NCBI GenBank assembly: GCA_002269645.1
Contig: NIVC01001686.1
Coordinates: 62,001-126,000 of the forward strand
DNA: 64,000 nucleotides
Direction: 5' to 3'
Source of the DNA: Macrostomum lignano
Lineage: Eukaryota
This document shows, piece by piece, positions 49,305 through 61,310 of the stretch; the first letter of the stretch is position 1; every line of letters starts with the position of its first letter. The position numbers were made by a program, and so were the translations under genes. The notes under the pieces are model-generated. The model was given only the letters and a program-made list of their open reading frames with translations, did no database searches and was not told the DNA's origin.

Positions 49305-49645
49305 TTGTTGCTTCTGACATCATTGTTGCCTTTCTGGCCTCATTGTTACCTTTCTGACATCATTGTTGCCTTTCTGACATCATTGTTGCTTTTCTGACAT
49401 CATTGTTGCCTTTCTGACATCCCATTTTCGTCTTTCTGACATCATTGTTGCCTTTCTGACATCATTGTTGCTTTTCTGACATCATTGTTGCCTCTCTAAC
49501 AGCATTGTTGCCTTTCTGACATCATTGTTGCCTTTCTGACATCATTGTTGCTTTTCTGACATCATTGTTGCCTCTCTAACAGCATTGTTGCCTCTCTGAC
49601 ATCATTGTTGCCTCTCTGACGTCATTGTTACCTTTCTGACAGCAT
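49305..49645 (+). repeat. 20-bp minisatellite TTCTGACATCATTGTTGCCT
   Basis: About 17 copies, ending just before a splice acceptor at 49651-49653. Confidence 0.93.
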
Positions 49646-49653
49646 TTTGACAG

Positions 49654-50078
49654 TGAAACGATTTTCAACTCGCTCTCAAAATCCTTGGCGAACTTCAGGA
49701 CACGGACCTCCCCCGATCATGGACTCGAAGCCGGCCTGCTACGCCAGCTTCCAAGAATTTGCCGACGCAACCTGGAATTTTCTGACTGTCCGGTCACTTT
49801 CCAGAATTTCTTCAGCCAGCTCGGAGTCGAACAGCTTGGCACCGTCGGTCGTGCAGTCGACAGGATGTCCAAAGCGGATCGTCAGCGCGCCGCCTGCAGT
49901 GTCGCATCATCGCAGATGGGCATTCCAGGCTCAGCAACATCAAGCTGCAGGATGCTGGAAAGATCGGCTCAGACAGAGCAGTGCATCTGCCAACAGATCT
50001 TCGGCAGTCGATGCGAGGCACCTGCGGTGCTTGGGCAGTCGAGGACAGCAGTTTCGCTTGCTGTGGCCAGACTCACCG
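49654..50078 (+). CDS. Putative internal exon of an unassigned + strand gene
   Basis: Bounded by TTTTGACAG and G|GTGAGG; two reading frames are open across it; no partner exons were confidently found. Confidence 0.4.
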
Positions 50079-50179
50079 GTGAGGCAATTTAATTTAATTC
50101 AATTTTTGCCCAAGTGGCCATGCGTTGCATTTAGCAAATACAATAGATAGCTGAGGTCCGAATTGAACTTGAGCTGGCA

Positions 50180-51525
50180 ATAAACCTGACCGAGTTGCAA
50201 TAAACCTGACCGAGTTGCAATAAACCTGGCCGAGTTGCAATTAACCTGACCGAGTTGTAACTTAAGCTACCTGACCGAGTTACAATTAACCTGACCGAGT
50301 TGTACTTAAGCTACCTGACCGAGTTGCAATTAACCTGACCGAGTTGTAACTTAAGCTACCTGACCGAGTTGCAATTAACCTGACCGAGTTGTACTTAAGC
50401 TACCTGACTGAGTTGCAATTAACCTGACCGAGTTGTAACTTAAGCTACCTGACCGAGTTGCAATTAACCTGACCGAGTTGTACTTAAGCTACCTGACCGA
50501 GTTGCAATTAACCTGACCGAGTTGTAATTAACCTACCTGACCGAGTTGAAATTAACCTGACCGAGTTGTAACTTAAGCTACCTGACCGAGTTGCAATTAA
50601 CATACCTGACTGAGTTGCAATTAACCTGACCGAGTTGTACTTAAGCTACCTGACCGAGTTGCAATTAACCTGACCGAGTTGCAATTAACCTGACCGAGTT
50701 GCAATTAACCTGACCGAGTTGTAACTTAAGCTACCTGACCAAGTTGCAATTAACCTGACCGAGTTGCAATAAACCTGACCGAGTTGTACTTAAGCTACCT
50801 GACCGAGTTGCAATTAACCTGACCGAGTTGCAATTAACCTGACCGAGTTGCAATTAACCTGACCGAGTTGCACTTAAGCTACCTGACCGAGTTGCAATTA
50901 ACCTGACCGAGTTGCAATTAACCTGACCGAGTTGTACTTAAGCTACCTGACCGAGTTGCAATTAACCTGACCGAGTTGCAATTAACCTGACCGAGTTGCA
51001 ATTAACCTGACCGAGTTGCACTTAAGCTACCTGACCGAGTTGCAATTAACCTGACCGAGTTGTACTTAAGCTACCTGACCGAGTTGCAATTAACATACCT
51101 GACCGAGTTGCAATTAACCTGACCGAGTTGCAATTAACCTGACCGAGTTGTACTTAAGCTACCTGACCGAGTTGCAATTAACCTGACCGAGTTGCAATTA
51201 ACCTGACCGAGTTGCAATTAACCTGACCGAGTTGTACTTAAGCTACCTGACCGAGTTGCAATTAACATACCTGACCGAGTTGCAATTAACCTGACCGAGT
51301 TGTACTTAAGCTACCTGACCGAGTTGCAATTAACATACCTGACCGAGTTGCAATTAACCTGACCGAGTTGTACTTAAGCTACCTGACCGAGTTGCAATTA
51401 ACATACCTGACCGAGTTGCAATTAACCTGACCGAGTTGTACTTAAGCTACCTGACCGAGTTGCAATTAACATACCTGACCGAGTTGCAATTAACCTGACC
51501 GAGTTGTAACTTAAGCTACCTGACT
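50180..51525 (+). repeat. Satellite of ACCTGACCGAGTTGCAATTA (20 bp) interleaved with ACCTGACCGAGTTGTACTTAAGCT variants
   Basis: About 60 units. Confidence 0.96.
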
Positions 51526-52560
51526 GGACTGCACCTTAGTCGTACCTTTGGTACCTAAGCGAGTTGCACCTTTGCTACTTGATTAAATGAGCCAAGTTGG
51601 CGTCCATTTACGGCGACATTGAGGTCAATTTAACACAGCGCACAAGCATATTGAAGTCAGTGGTTGACAAGTACTTTTTGGCACCAGAAAGCTACCTGTC
51701 AAAACTAGCCAGAATGCATAGCACAGAGAAAATGTACTTTTTTCTCCATGAAAGCTTCGACAATGGTTTGGCAGTAGTTGGGCAGACTGAAAAAAGCCAT
51801 TTAAAACAGTGCCTAAATTGCCATCAACACTGCAAACATTAGTTTGTAGGACGTGGCTTTCTCACGGCTAAAAAATGAAATTCATTGAATGCATTGCAGC
51901 AGTAACCCAACGGTTAAAGTTGACTGGTGAACAATGATTGCTGCTAGTACAGCAGCCCCTGGTGAGTGCTTTCTTTAAAGAGGAAAGTCTCAAAATAATG
52001 GAACGCACGCAAATGCTGTTCAAATGGACGACATGAAGCACACTGTCAACTTGAGAGAGTTATAGGCTGAAAGCTACATGGGATAGAACTCTGTTTTTTA
52101 GCATTTTTCTAACATTACGAGAGTAGAGTTAGGAGAGAAAGGGGGAGAGTAGAGAGGACAGGTAGGCAGAGAAAGCCACCCAGGTGAGGCAGTGTTGGCT
52201 TTTTGTCAGTCGCAGCATGCGGGGGTTGGGGTGGCCACCCATACAAACTGACTGACACGGCTGCGCTGAGAGCAGTGTTGAGCAACTGTGTCTCATTTTA
52301 TTGTTACCTAGCTCTCCCCCTCTTCTATATGTCTGAGCACCCAGCCCCCCAGGGTGAGGCACGATTCTGGGTGCAGAATTTACAGAACAATGTAATAAAA
52401 AACAATATTAATCGAACACCCACTGCGGTAGAATGGCTGCTCCATCTGACTACAAATGGTGTAGACTATAAAAGCTGTAAAATACCTGCTCCTTCGAAGC
52501 ATTCTTTAACAGATTAAACAGGTAGCCAGAGAGAAAGATTGAGTGAAAGTGAGCACAAAG

Positions 52561-53321
52561 ATGACAACCTCCAGCCGATGGCACGCCGAGCACGAGCGTC
52601 TCGTTGTCTACGTTGAGCAGCATCGAGCAGATTTTATTGAAGATGATGAAGTCGACGATGAGGATGAATTTGATGAGCAAGAGGAGCCTGTGCAGAAGAT
52701 GGAGATTGTACGCGAGTGGCTGACCGCCATTCCCGAGACCCCTGCCGGAAGCAACTCGTCGACTCGAAACGCTTCGGGCAAAGGCAAAGGTGACAGAAGA
52801 AGATCGCAGACAGCTTCTTACGCCAGAACGCGAGACTCCGAAAAGGTCAGTTTTAGCTGTTGGTGAAAGTACGCACGAATCCCCACTCCACATCAAGCCC
52901 TCAAACAGATACTCTGCAAAATCCTGAACTCTCAGCATGTGTACACACACAGATCTCACCAGGCTCAAAAGTTTAGATCCTTCAGAACTACCCGCCAAAA
53001 CCCTGAACTCCATGGAACGTCCTATAGAAGCTCTCTATTCACGTACATTTAATAACCAAGAGCAATAGATAATATCCAAAGACGCACGACTACATTCTAT
53101 TTCCAGACTGACACAGGCCTCGTCCGCTTGTCGTCAAGCAAACGAAGGGCCTCGGCCAGCAGTCAGGTGCAGCACAATCGCCGAAAACCACTGAGAAGTT
53201 TGGCCTCGCTTGTAAGACGCGGCGGCCGACTGCGACAAGCTTTGGTAGAGCAAACAGACGAACAGCAGGTGCAGCAAAAACAACAACACCAACAGCAACA
53301 ACAACAACAACAGCAGCAACA

Positions 53322-53356
<35 letters not shown>

Positions 53357-56300
53357 AACACGTGTACAACCAGGCAGCCAAACCAATCAATTCTTCAGCG
53401 CCTCTCTGGTTAGCCGCCGTTCAATCGACAAAGAAGTCGAATAATGATAGCAATAATAAGTCGAAACAGCGACAGTCGAATCGGCCACGAAGTCGGTCAG
53501 TTGAGGTCACGAGTTCGACACCAGCCAGCGGTGGCAGCAGTCCGCGTCATCGCGTGACCCAGTGGGGCAGTTCGTCCAACCTCCTGGCAACCGTAGGCTA
53601 TAGATAGGCTCAATTTTATATTCAATACAATTAAGAGCATGCGCAGCAACACTACTGTCTACTGTCGCTAGAAAAAGTAGTGCTGACGCATTTCACCACC
53701 CAGCAACGAAAATCGATTTATTGGGTTACTAAGCTCTTACCTTGACTACTCAGGTTTCACCCTGTCATTCAAAATGCTGGGAGGAATTCTGTCCCTTACA
53801 AAATCGATTTTCACTCACCTGGAGCGACAAAGTGGGTCTACAGAAAAAGAAGAGGCTGCCTGAGCTTTGACCAGCTTGCTGCTTTTAGTCTTCTCCAAGA
53901 AGGCCAAGAGGAACGACATGCAGGCAAACTCTGACTCGTTAGCCTTTTTTAGACTGAGCTCTTTTCTTTTGAACGCAAGCAGCTAAAGAATCCACACAAG
54001 TAGTTTGAGCAAACAGGAAAAATCCAAAATCCACTTACTCCTTCTACCTTCCCTCCTTTCTTGAATTTTCTGCATCCGTTTAGCTCCCAACTCAATTCAG
54101 ACGGCATCCAAATGTATAAAAAGGTTTCGTTAGTCAGACGCCATTCAAAAAGAAACGTTGCTATACAAACGAAATACATTAACTTCTTATTGGATATTCC
54201 TCACACATAGCATAATACTCTTTTCCTCCTTTGTTGCTTTGCCTCCACCGCAAGCAGCAGAGCAGCAGCGGCAACTCTGCCTCGCTAGAGACGCTCCGGG
54301 CCAAGAGCCGCAGCCCGCTCTACCAACGGGTCACCAGCGCCAAGCCAATCCAGTCGAGACAGCAGCAGGATGCGGCAGTCAGGAAGCCGGACCTGACTGC
54401 TGCAGCTACACCAGACCGAGATAAAACAACCATAAAACGACGCTTGGTGGCTCAGGTGCCGCAGTCTGCGGTCCTTCCGAAACGAGATTCCGTTAACGAA
54501 CCGGAGCAGCAAGAGCAGGCAGCGGCGGAGCCTGCACAGGATTCTGTCTGGCAGCAGATTGACTTCTCTATGCTGCGACAAATCGGGCAGAGGCGACCAA
54601 AGACCGCCTTTGAGGCTGCGGCGAATACTGGTGAGTTCTTGAAAGAAGAGACTTTGTTAATCTTGTGCTTTGTGCAAATGTCTCACAGGTCTTAAAGCAA
54701 CACCATAACTTCTAAACAGACATCCTCAGATCTAAACTGACATCCTCAGATCTAAACTGACATCCTCAGATCTAAACTGACATCCTCAGATCTAAACTGA
54801 CATCCTCAGATCTAAACTGACATCCTCAGATCTGAACTGACATCCTCAGATCTAAACTGACATCCTCAGATCTAAACTGACATCCTCAGATCTAAACTGA
54901 CATCCTCTGATCCAAACTGACATCCTCATATCCAAACTGACATCCTCAGATCCAAACTGACATCCTCAGATCTAAACTGACATCCTCAGATCCAAACTGA
55001 CATCCTCAGATCCAAACTGACATCCTCAGATCTAAACTGACATCCTCAGATCCAAACTGACATCCTCAGATCCAAACTGACATCCTCAGATCTAAACTGA
55101 CATCCTCAGATCTAAACTGACATCCTCTGATCCAAACTGACATCCTCATATCCAAACTGACATCCTCAGATCCAAACTGACATCCTCAGATCCAAACTGA
55201 CATCCTCAGATCTAAACTGACATCCTCAGATCCAAACTGACATCCTCAGATCTAAACTGACATCCTCATATCCAAACTGACATCCTCAGATCCAAACTGA
55301 CATCCTCAGATCTAAACTGACATCCTCAGATCCAAACTGACATCCTCAGATCCAAACTGACATCCTCAGATCTAAACTGACATCCTCAGATCTAAACTGA
55401 CATCCTCAGATCCAAACTGACATCCTCAGATCTGAACTGACATCCTCAGATCTAAACTGACATCCTCAGATCTGAACTGACACCTTCAGATCTAAACTAA
55501 CTACGTCAGATCTAATTTAACTTCGTCAGATATAAACTGACATCCTCAGATCTGAACTGACATCCTCAGATCTCAACTAACACCCCAGAATAGAGACAAA
55601 TTCCCCGCATCAAAAACAAAATCTGCGTAAATAGCACTAAATTTAAAACAGTACCCATGAATGCATTCTGAATCCTTACTCAGAAATCCCCTATCTGACT
55701 TGTGCTGAGATATTCCCCTAGTCTATTGTACTCGCCCCATATCATGGCTAATTCAATCCCGAACCAGAATTAACTGCAATTCAATAATTGCATAGAGTGT
55801 ACATTTTGAGCACTTCTCATTGTTCGTCGTTTTAGATTTAACTGCCGATGAAGCCAGCATTCCGGCAAACACTCCGTCCTCGCCAACTGCCAAGCAGACA
55901 ACCGTCAAGGTTTGACTTTTCTGTTCTACTAGGAATTATCTAAAATAGATAGATACTAATTAAACAAGTTAATAGCTCAATTCACTGGCCTAATTGCGCA
56001 GTGCAGAGCTCAGGTTCTCTGTCACTATTATGCCTTTACCCCTCTCTATTAGCTTTCTCTTGCGTGAAGCCTGAGTGAGGCTATGAAGCTCAACTCTATA
56101 TTTACCAATCTCTCTGTCTGGTTCCATTTCATTATGCACATACGACGCTTGTACAAGCATAGAGGCTTGTGCATGGACAGACACCCGGCAATCATTGGAG
56201 AGAGTATTTAACTGAGGGTCCAACAGACCAGCTAGCCCGAGTCCCTCAAACCTCCAAGCCTTTCCCTCACACCGTAGAGCACAAAGCCGCAGGCGAGGAG

Positions 56301-59300
56301 GGCTGCAGCAGCAACAGCGCGCAGTTTCGAGGCCTCAGCAGCAGCTACCCAGCCACTAACAGCAAACGGCTGCTACAACTCGTCTGAGAAAAGACAATTA
56401 TTGCAGAGCGGCCCAGCCGAGCCAGAAACTGCGGTTGGGTATTTTGTGGAGCGCGAGAGAGCGAAAACAGCTCGTCAGAGCAGAGCAGCAGGTAAAAACG
56501 GTACCGTTGGAAGAGAAAGCCTGAGTCAGAGCCTGCTATCTAGCGAACAACAGGAACCTGTGGTTGGCGTTGAAAATTCTTTAACGAATTCAACTGCTAG
56601 GTAAATTGTTCTTTTTTTACTTCCTTCAAAGTTTCTGGTCAAGGAGAATTGACGTTTCTTTCAAATGAAACTATCATTGATAATGTCAATTCTTCATGCA
56701 GAGCTCAACACGTGTTCCAACTGCAGCCGGCCCCTGGTCAGAACTCTGCACACAAAGGACGTGGCGTTGCGGGAAACCTTGCAACCGCATCAACAGCTGA
56801 TAAAGTGGGCGCAATACGTTTTTGTTAACTGTTCTTAACCTTATTTAAACCCCGAAAGATCGCCAGGCATCTCTTCAACCCGAGATATGTTTGCCAAAGT
56901 AATGTAGCTTTTGTCTATGGTTGCAAGGCATCAATTTGATCCATACTAGCCGCTATGAAGCCCAATCGGGCGTTCGTTAGACAGTCTGGCATATGCATGT
57001 TTCACGATTCTGGGCACTGCTTCCGTCCTCACTGCTTATGACAGTCATGTCTAAATGAAAATCTAGGGGTGAAACTATACAGAAGCCGCTATATGGACCA
57101 AACTGATGCTTGTTGGACCAAATTAAATGCCGCTGTGCCAGTCTTGCTACCATAGGCAGAAGCTTCGTGACTTTGGCAAACGTATCTTGGATTAAATTCA
57201 ATGCATCTACATGTAGGCCAAAATGGGCTGCAAAAAGATATACACTCTCAGTAATATTGAAAAGTTTCCACGTCTGCACAAAAGGCTACACTAGCTGAAC
57301 GATTAGGGATTGAAAGGGTTTTAACTATGTTTGGGCCATAGACAATCAAAATAAGGCAACAAAGAATGAACAGCGAAACAAGTCCATGCAGGTATACAGG
57401 TCAGTAACCTATATAGTCAATAGTCAGTAACAGGTATAGATAGCAACCACGAGCGTCCAACAGACCGCTCACTCGCCGAGGCATTCCCGAACAAGGCGCC
57501 ACAGAAAGTCTTGTGGAAGCTGTTGCCACGCGACTGAAAGCGTATTGCGCAGCTGGACCATGTTCTGGGGGCATAGAGATTGTTATTGCACCGAATCGTG
57601 CGCTTCAGGAAATCCCACACGTACTCAATCAGGTTCATATCTGGTGATCTGGACGGCCAACGCAAAGTGCGCCAATCAGTCATTTGGCGGACTATCGTTG
57701 TCACCTGCATCCAGATGCCTCGAGTAAACCCCTGTACACTCGTTACTGTAACGCTTTTCCCTGTGACACCAGACATCGGTCTTTACACTTTCCTGCTCTT
57801 TTTGCTCATTTGTCTATGGCCCAAAGCCAATTGGCGAAACCATCGATCGTGCTGCCCATGGACCCTTGGGGCCAGGGTGGACACTTTTAAATGTTGCTGA
57901 GTGTATATTAAAATAGCACCGTGTCTGAGGTTTTTAATGAAGCTTGATTTTGTACGTCAAAAAGGTTTTAATATCAGACAAACTTTGACCTGTTTGCCCA
58001 CGTTGCAGAAACCCGTCTCTTACGGCTACAATTGGCTACAAGAATTCAATAAAATGTCAATGACTGAAGCTGAGATTGAACGTGTAAGAACTTATGGAGC
58101 ACCTGTAGCTCTTATTATATGTATGCCCCAATGTTTCGGCGAACTACGGTGGTCTACAAAGAATCTACAGTGTCAAGGACTACTGAAGTAGAGGGACAGG
58201 AAACTATAAGCTTGTTGGAAAATTTTAAATGAATAAGAACCTGCGTTAGAACCCGCCTCCTAAAATTTTCTAAGAAACGAGGTTTCCCGTCCTTCTACTC
58301 GAGTAGTCCTTGCTACGTGTACGAAAAATTTGGGTTGAGTTGGGAAAAGTTTTGTTGGTACTTAATTCTGCGCGTTCGCAGCTATCATTCCCTATGATTT
58401 CAAATGTCCCAATTACTTACTTATTTTTCAGCGGGTCAAGAATGGTGGAAAACTGCGAAACAGCGCCTCTCAAACAACGCGATTTGAGCTGCCATTCGAT
58501 TTGAAGGACCTGGAAGGTGCGTGATATGGTATAGTTTCATGTATTCGTAGTTCGCAGGTGGGCTTTGCGTGAGCAATGCCGCTCAAACCATAAATTCTGG
58601 CCTAAGAAACAATGAGGACTGCGAGACCAAATGTACTTTTACGAGAATAGGACCTGATGATCAAAATGCCGTGTGTACATGGGTAGAAAGTGAAGTTCAC
58701 ATCCTGTTAAAGTTGTTGGAACTTTAATAGTGCCCCCATGATTAATTTGAACTGGATATCTCGGATAGTTTTGAATTTTCAATACCTTACTGCAGAGGAT
58801 TAAGTACCTACATGTATAATTAATATCGATAGGCTATCGATATCGAATATTAATCGATCTGTTTACGCTTGAAATATAATTTTAATTCCCATTTACGTTG
58901 AAAGTTCTATTCAGTTTAATTTTTTTCATTTTGTTTTACTTCCTCTGTATTAATTTACAGTGCGTGTCCACGTGCGAATATAATACTAAAGAATAACAAA
59001 TATTTACTATTTTATTTTAAATTATTTTAGTATATATTTAATATTAATACATAATTATAATGAAAAAATAAGTTAATTAGAATATTAAAATTAGGAATGC
59101 AAGCACTAGCTCTGATAAATATTATCACGATAAATATTATGTTAATGATAATATTTACAAAAATTAAAATTAGTTATCATTAATTAACCACAGGAACTAA
59201 ATACTCTGTCTCTCTTAAATTGAAGTTAGATTTAACAAATTTTATTTAGCAAATGCAATTCAAATATCCATATAGCCTCATCTAAACTGTTCACCCACAG

Positions 59301-59806
59301 AAATGGATCCCAAAGACTACCTGAGGCAGTACACCGTTGTGTCTTCCCGGCGACTGTACCTGTACCAGAAGGTGTTTCAGAAGTACCGCAATCCGTCTCT
59401 GAATGCGGTTGAAGTCAAAGTATGTCAGTCATTATATAATGCTTGTACATAGCTGTTTTGCTTGCTGAACACATCCGAATTTACTTCCATGTTTATTTTT
59501 ATTTTCAAGGACCTGTCCAAGTGCATCTCGGACATCATTGTTGGCGGCATATCCGAGGAGAAGCTGGAAGAGATGCTGCATCTCACCAGCATGCTGGACG
59601 TTGGACAGCTGGACTCAAAACTGTTCTACGCCTTCTGCGCCGTGGTGGAACGGCAAACCACGGGCAAGAAGATGCCGGACGATCCTTCTGAGCTGATGGA
59701 GTGCCACAAGCAGAGGCTGGAGAGCGCCGACTTCATCGGGCTCAGCTACAAGTTTAAGGGCATCAGCTTGTCGGAAGAGATGGCTCGACTACTTAAGGCA
59801 TTGTGA
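52561..59806 (+). CDS. Uncharacterised 715-aa protein: acidic N-terminus, long disordered Q/S-rich middle, C-terminal domain with a degenerate EF-hand pair; exons 52561-52845, 53107-53592, 54255-54630, 55836-55909, 56278-56600, 56702-56804, 58432-58516, 59301-59419, 59510-59806
   Basis: Nine exons total 2148 nt with phases 0,0,1,0,2,0,1,0 all compatible and GT-AG introns; in-frame stop upstream of the ATG (52540-52542). The C-terminal exons read FELPFDLKDLEEMDPKDYLRQY...VFQKYRNPSLNAVEVKDLSKCI...MLDVGQLDSKLFYAFCAVVER...ADFIGLSYKFKG. Some donors (GTAGGC, GTTTGA, GTGGGC) are weak. Confidence 0.8.
54720..55575 (+). repeat. 20-bp minisatellite CATCCTCAGATCTAAACTGA, about 42 copies
   Basis: Direct inspection; lies in intron 3 of the 715-aa gene. 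Confidence 0.97.
57243..57903 (-). mobile_element. Internally deleted Tc1/mariner-type DNA transposon, 661 bp
   Basis: Transposase C-terminal remnants lie in three frames: DNDSP, WPSRSPDMNLIEYVWDFLK, QLRNTLSVAWQQLPQ and MPRRVSGLLDARG. Imperfect ~100-bp TIRs (CACTC..AG.AA.ATT.AAAAGT.TCCAC; TTTGGGCCATAGACAA in both arms), flanked by TA at 57241-57242 and 57904-57905. Confidence 0.88.
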
Positions 59807-60219
59807 ATTTAATTTTTGATTACTTTTCAAACGAAACAGAAGCGCCAGCTACTTAAAGTACATTTGTTTATTTTTCTATAGAAAGTTGAAACTGAAGGCT
59901 TTCTTATGTAAAATTCTCCCGAACTTAATGATTAATGAATTAATTATGTCTTACATTTTAAAACTAATGCTTGTAATTTAAACCTGTGCAGATGAAAGGT
60001 TTTAATAATTGCATGAAATTTCATGATTCTAAAAATAATGAGAAGAGTTCTTCTGTATGTATTTTAAATTTAAAAAAAGTTTGGGAAGTTTTGGGAAGCT
60101 CATAAATTTTTGGGAAGTGTTATTAATTGATACTAATGGTTTTCTAGTGAGCAATAAACAACGACTGTATACTCATACTTTATTGATTAGGTTGCGTGGG
60201 GCCGACCTGGTGTACAATC

Positions 60220-60445
60220 GAGGACAAAGACTAGGCTTCGGGAGAGGACTTGATGTACAGTCAAGGACAAAGACTAAGCTTCGAGAGAGGACTTACCGGT
60301 AATTTACAATCAAGGACAAAGACTAGGCTTCGGGAGAGGACTTGATGTACAGTCAAGGACAAAGACTAGGCTTCGGGAGAGGACTTGATGTACAGTCAAG
60401 GACAAAGACTAGGCTTCGGCAGAGGACTTGATGTACAGTCAAAGG
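60220..60445 (+). repeat. 43-bp minisatellite AGGACAAAGACTAGGCTTCGGGAGAGGACTTGATGTACAGTCA, about 5 copies
   Basis: Direct inspection. Confidence 0.9.
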
Positions 60446-61116
60446 CAAGGTAAGTTCTCTCTGGAACTTACAGCCGACTAAACAAATTTCAAATAATTGA
60501 CAAAATGGCCATCAAATTTTGAAAATGAAATCGGGACAGAAAAAAATTACTGTTTTTATTTTGAACTTTTTCAAAGCAGCGTCTCTTTCGACTGTTTGCG
60601 CACAATGTTAGGTTTTTAGAAGAAGAAAAGAAATTCTCACCTAATTGCTGCTCTCTGAAACGCGGGAAAATTAATTAATTAATTAATCAATTAATCGATA
60701 GGTTCTACTACTGAATGCTATGTCAGACTCGCGCACCAACTTGACTATTTCAAGCGAGGACAATTAAGTAAAAAAAAATTCGAACTAAATTGTACGCAGA
60801 AATCAGCGCTAACTGACGCCAATACATGGCAATAAGTACTAATTGGTAAAGTGTAAAGTACGCCAAACAAGATCGGGGACACAGAGGAAACTTAACGGAT
60901 GAGTTGGAGGCTTGATCCATATTGTTTGTTTTCAGTTCAGATTCAGACGCTTTGAAGCAGAGAGTTCGAGACAATTCAACAATATAGTTAAAAAGCAAGG
61001 AAAGCAACTTAGAAGAAAAAAAACGAGAAAGTCCAAAAAACAGTGAAGCACACGCTAGATTAAACTTAGTTTAAAAGTCAGAACTTGCGCAGGACAATTG
61101 GATGGGTTGGCTAGGG

Positions 61117-61310
61117 CAGGGGTCGGCAAACCTTTTTAGCTCGAGAGCTAGATACAGAATCTAGAGAAGAGAAGAGAGGAGGAGAGGAGAGGATAGGAGA
61201 GAGGAGAGAAGAGAGAAGAGAGGAGAGAAGACACAAACCCGATGACAGGATAGAGACGCTGCGCGGGCCGCATGACGTGAGAGTCGGATGAGCAACTTTG
61301 CCAACCCCTG
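61117..61310. mobile_element. hAT-superfamily (Charlie-like) MITE, 194 bp
   Basis: TIRs CAGGGGTCGGCAAA ... TTTGCCAACCCCTG (13/14 match); 8-bp flanks GGCTAGGG / AGCTAGTG (6/8, CTAG core); internal GAGAA/GAGAG expansion. Confidence 0.8.

Noticed and set aside
52450-53390. Minus-strand polyL, polyV and polyC ORFs
   Set aside because: Antisense readings of the acidic and polyQ exons of the + strand gene.
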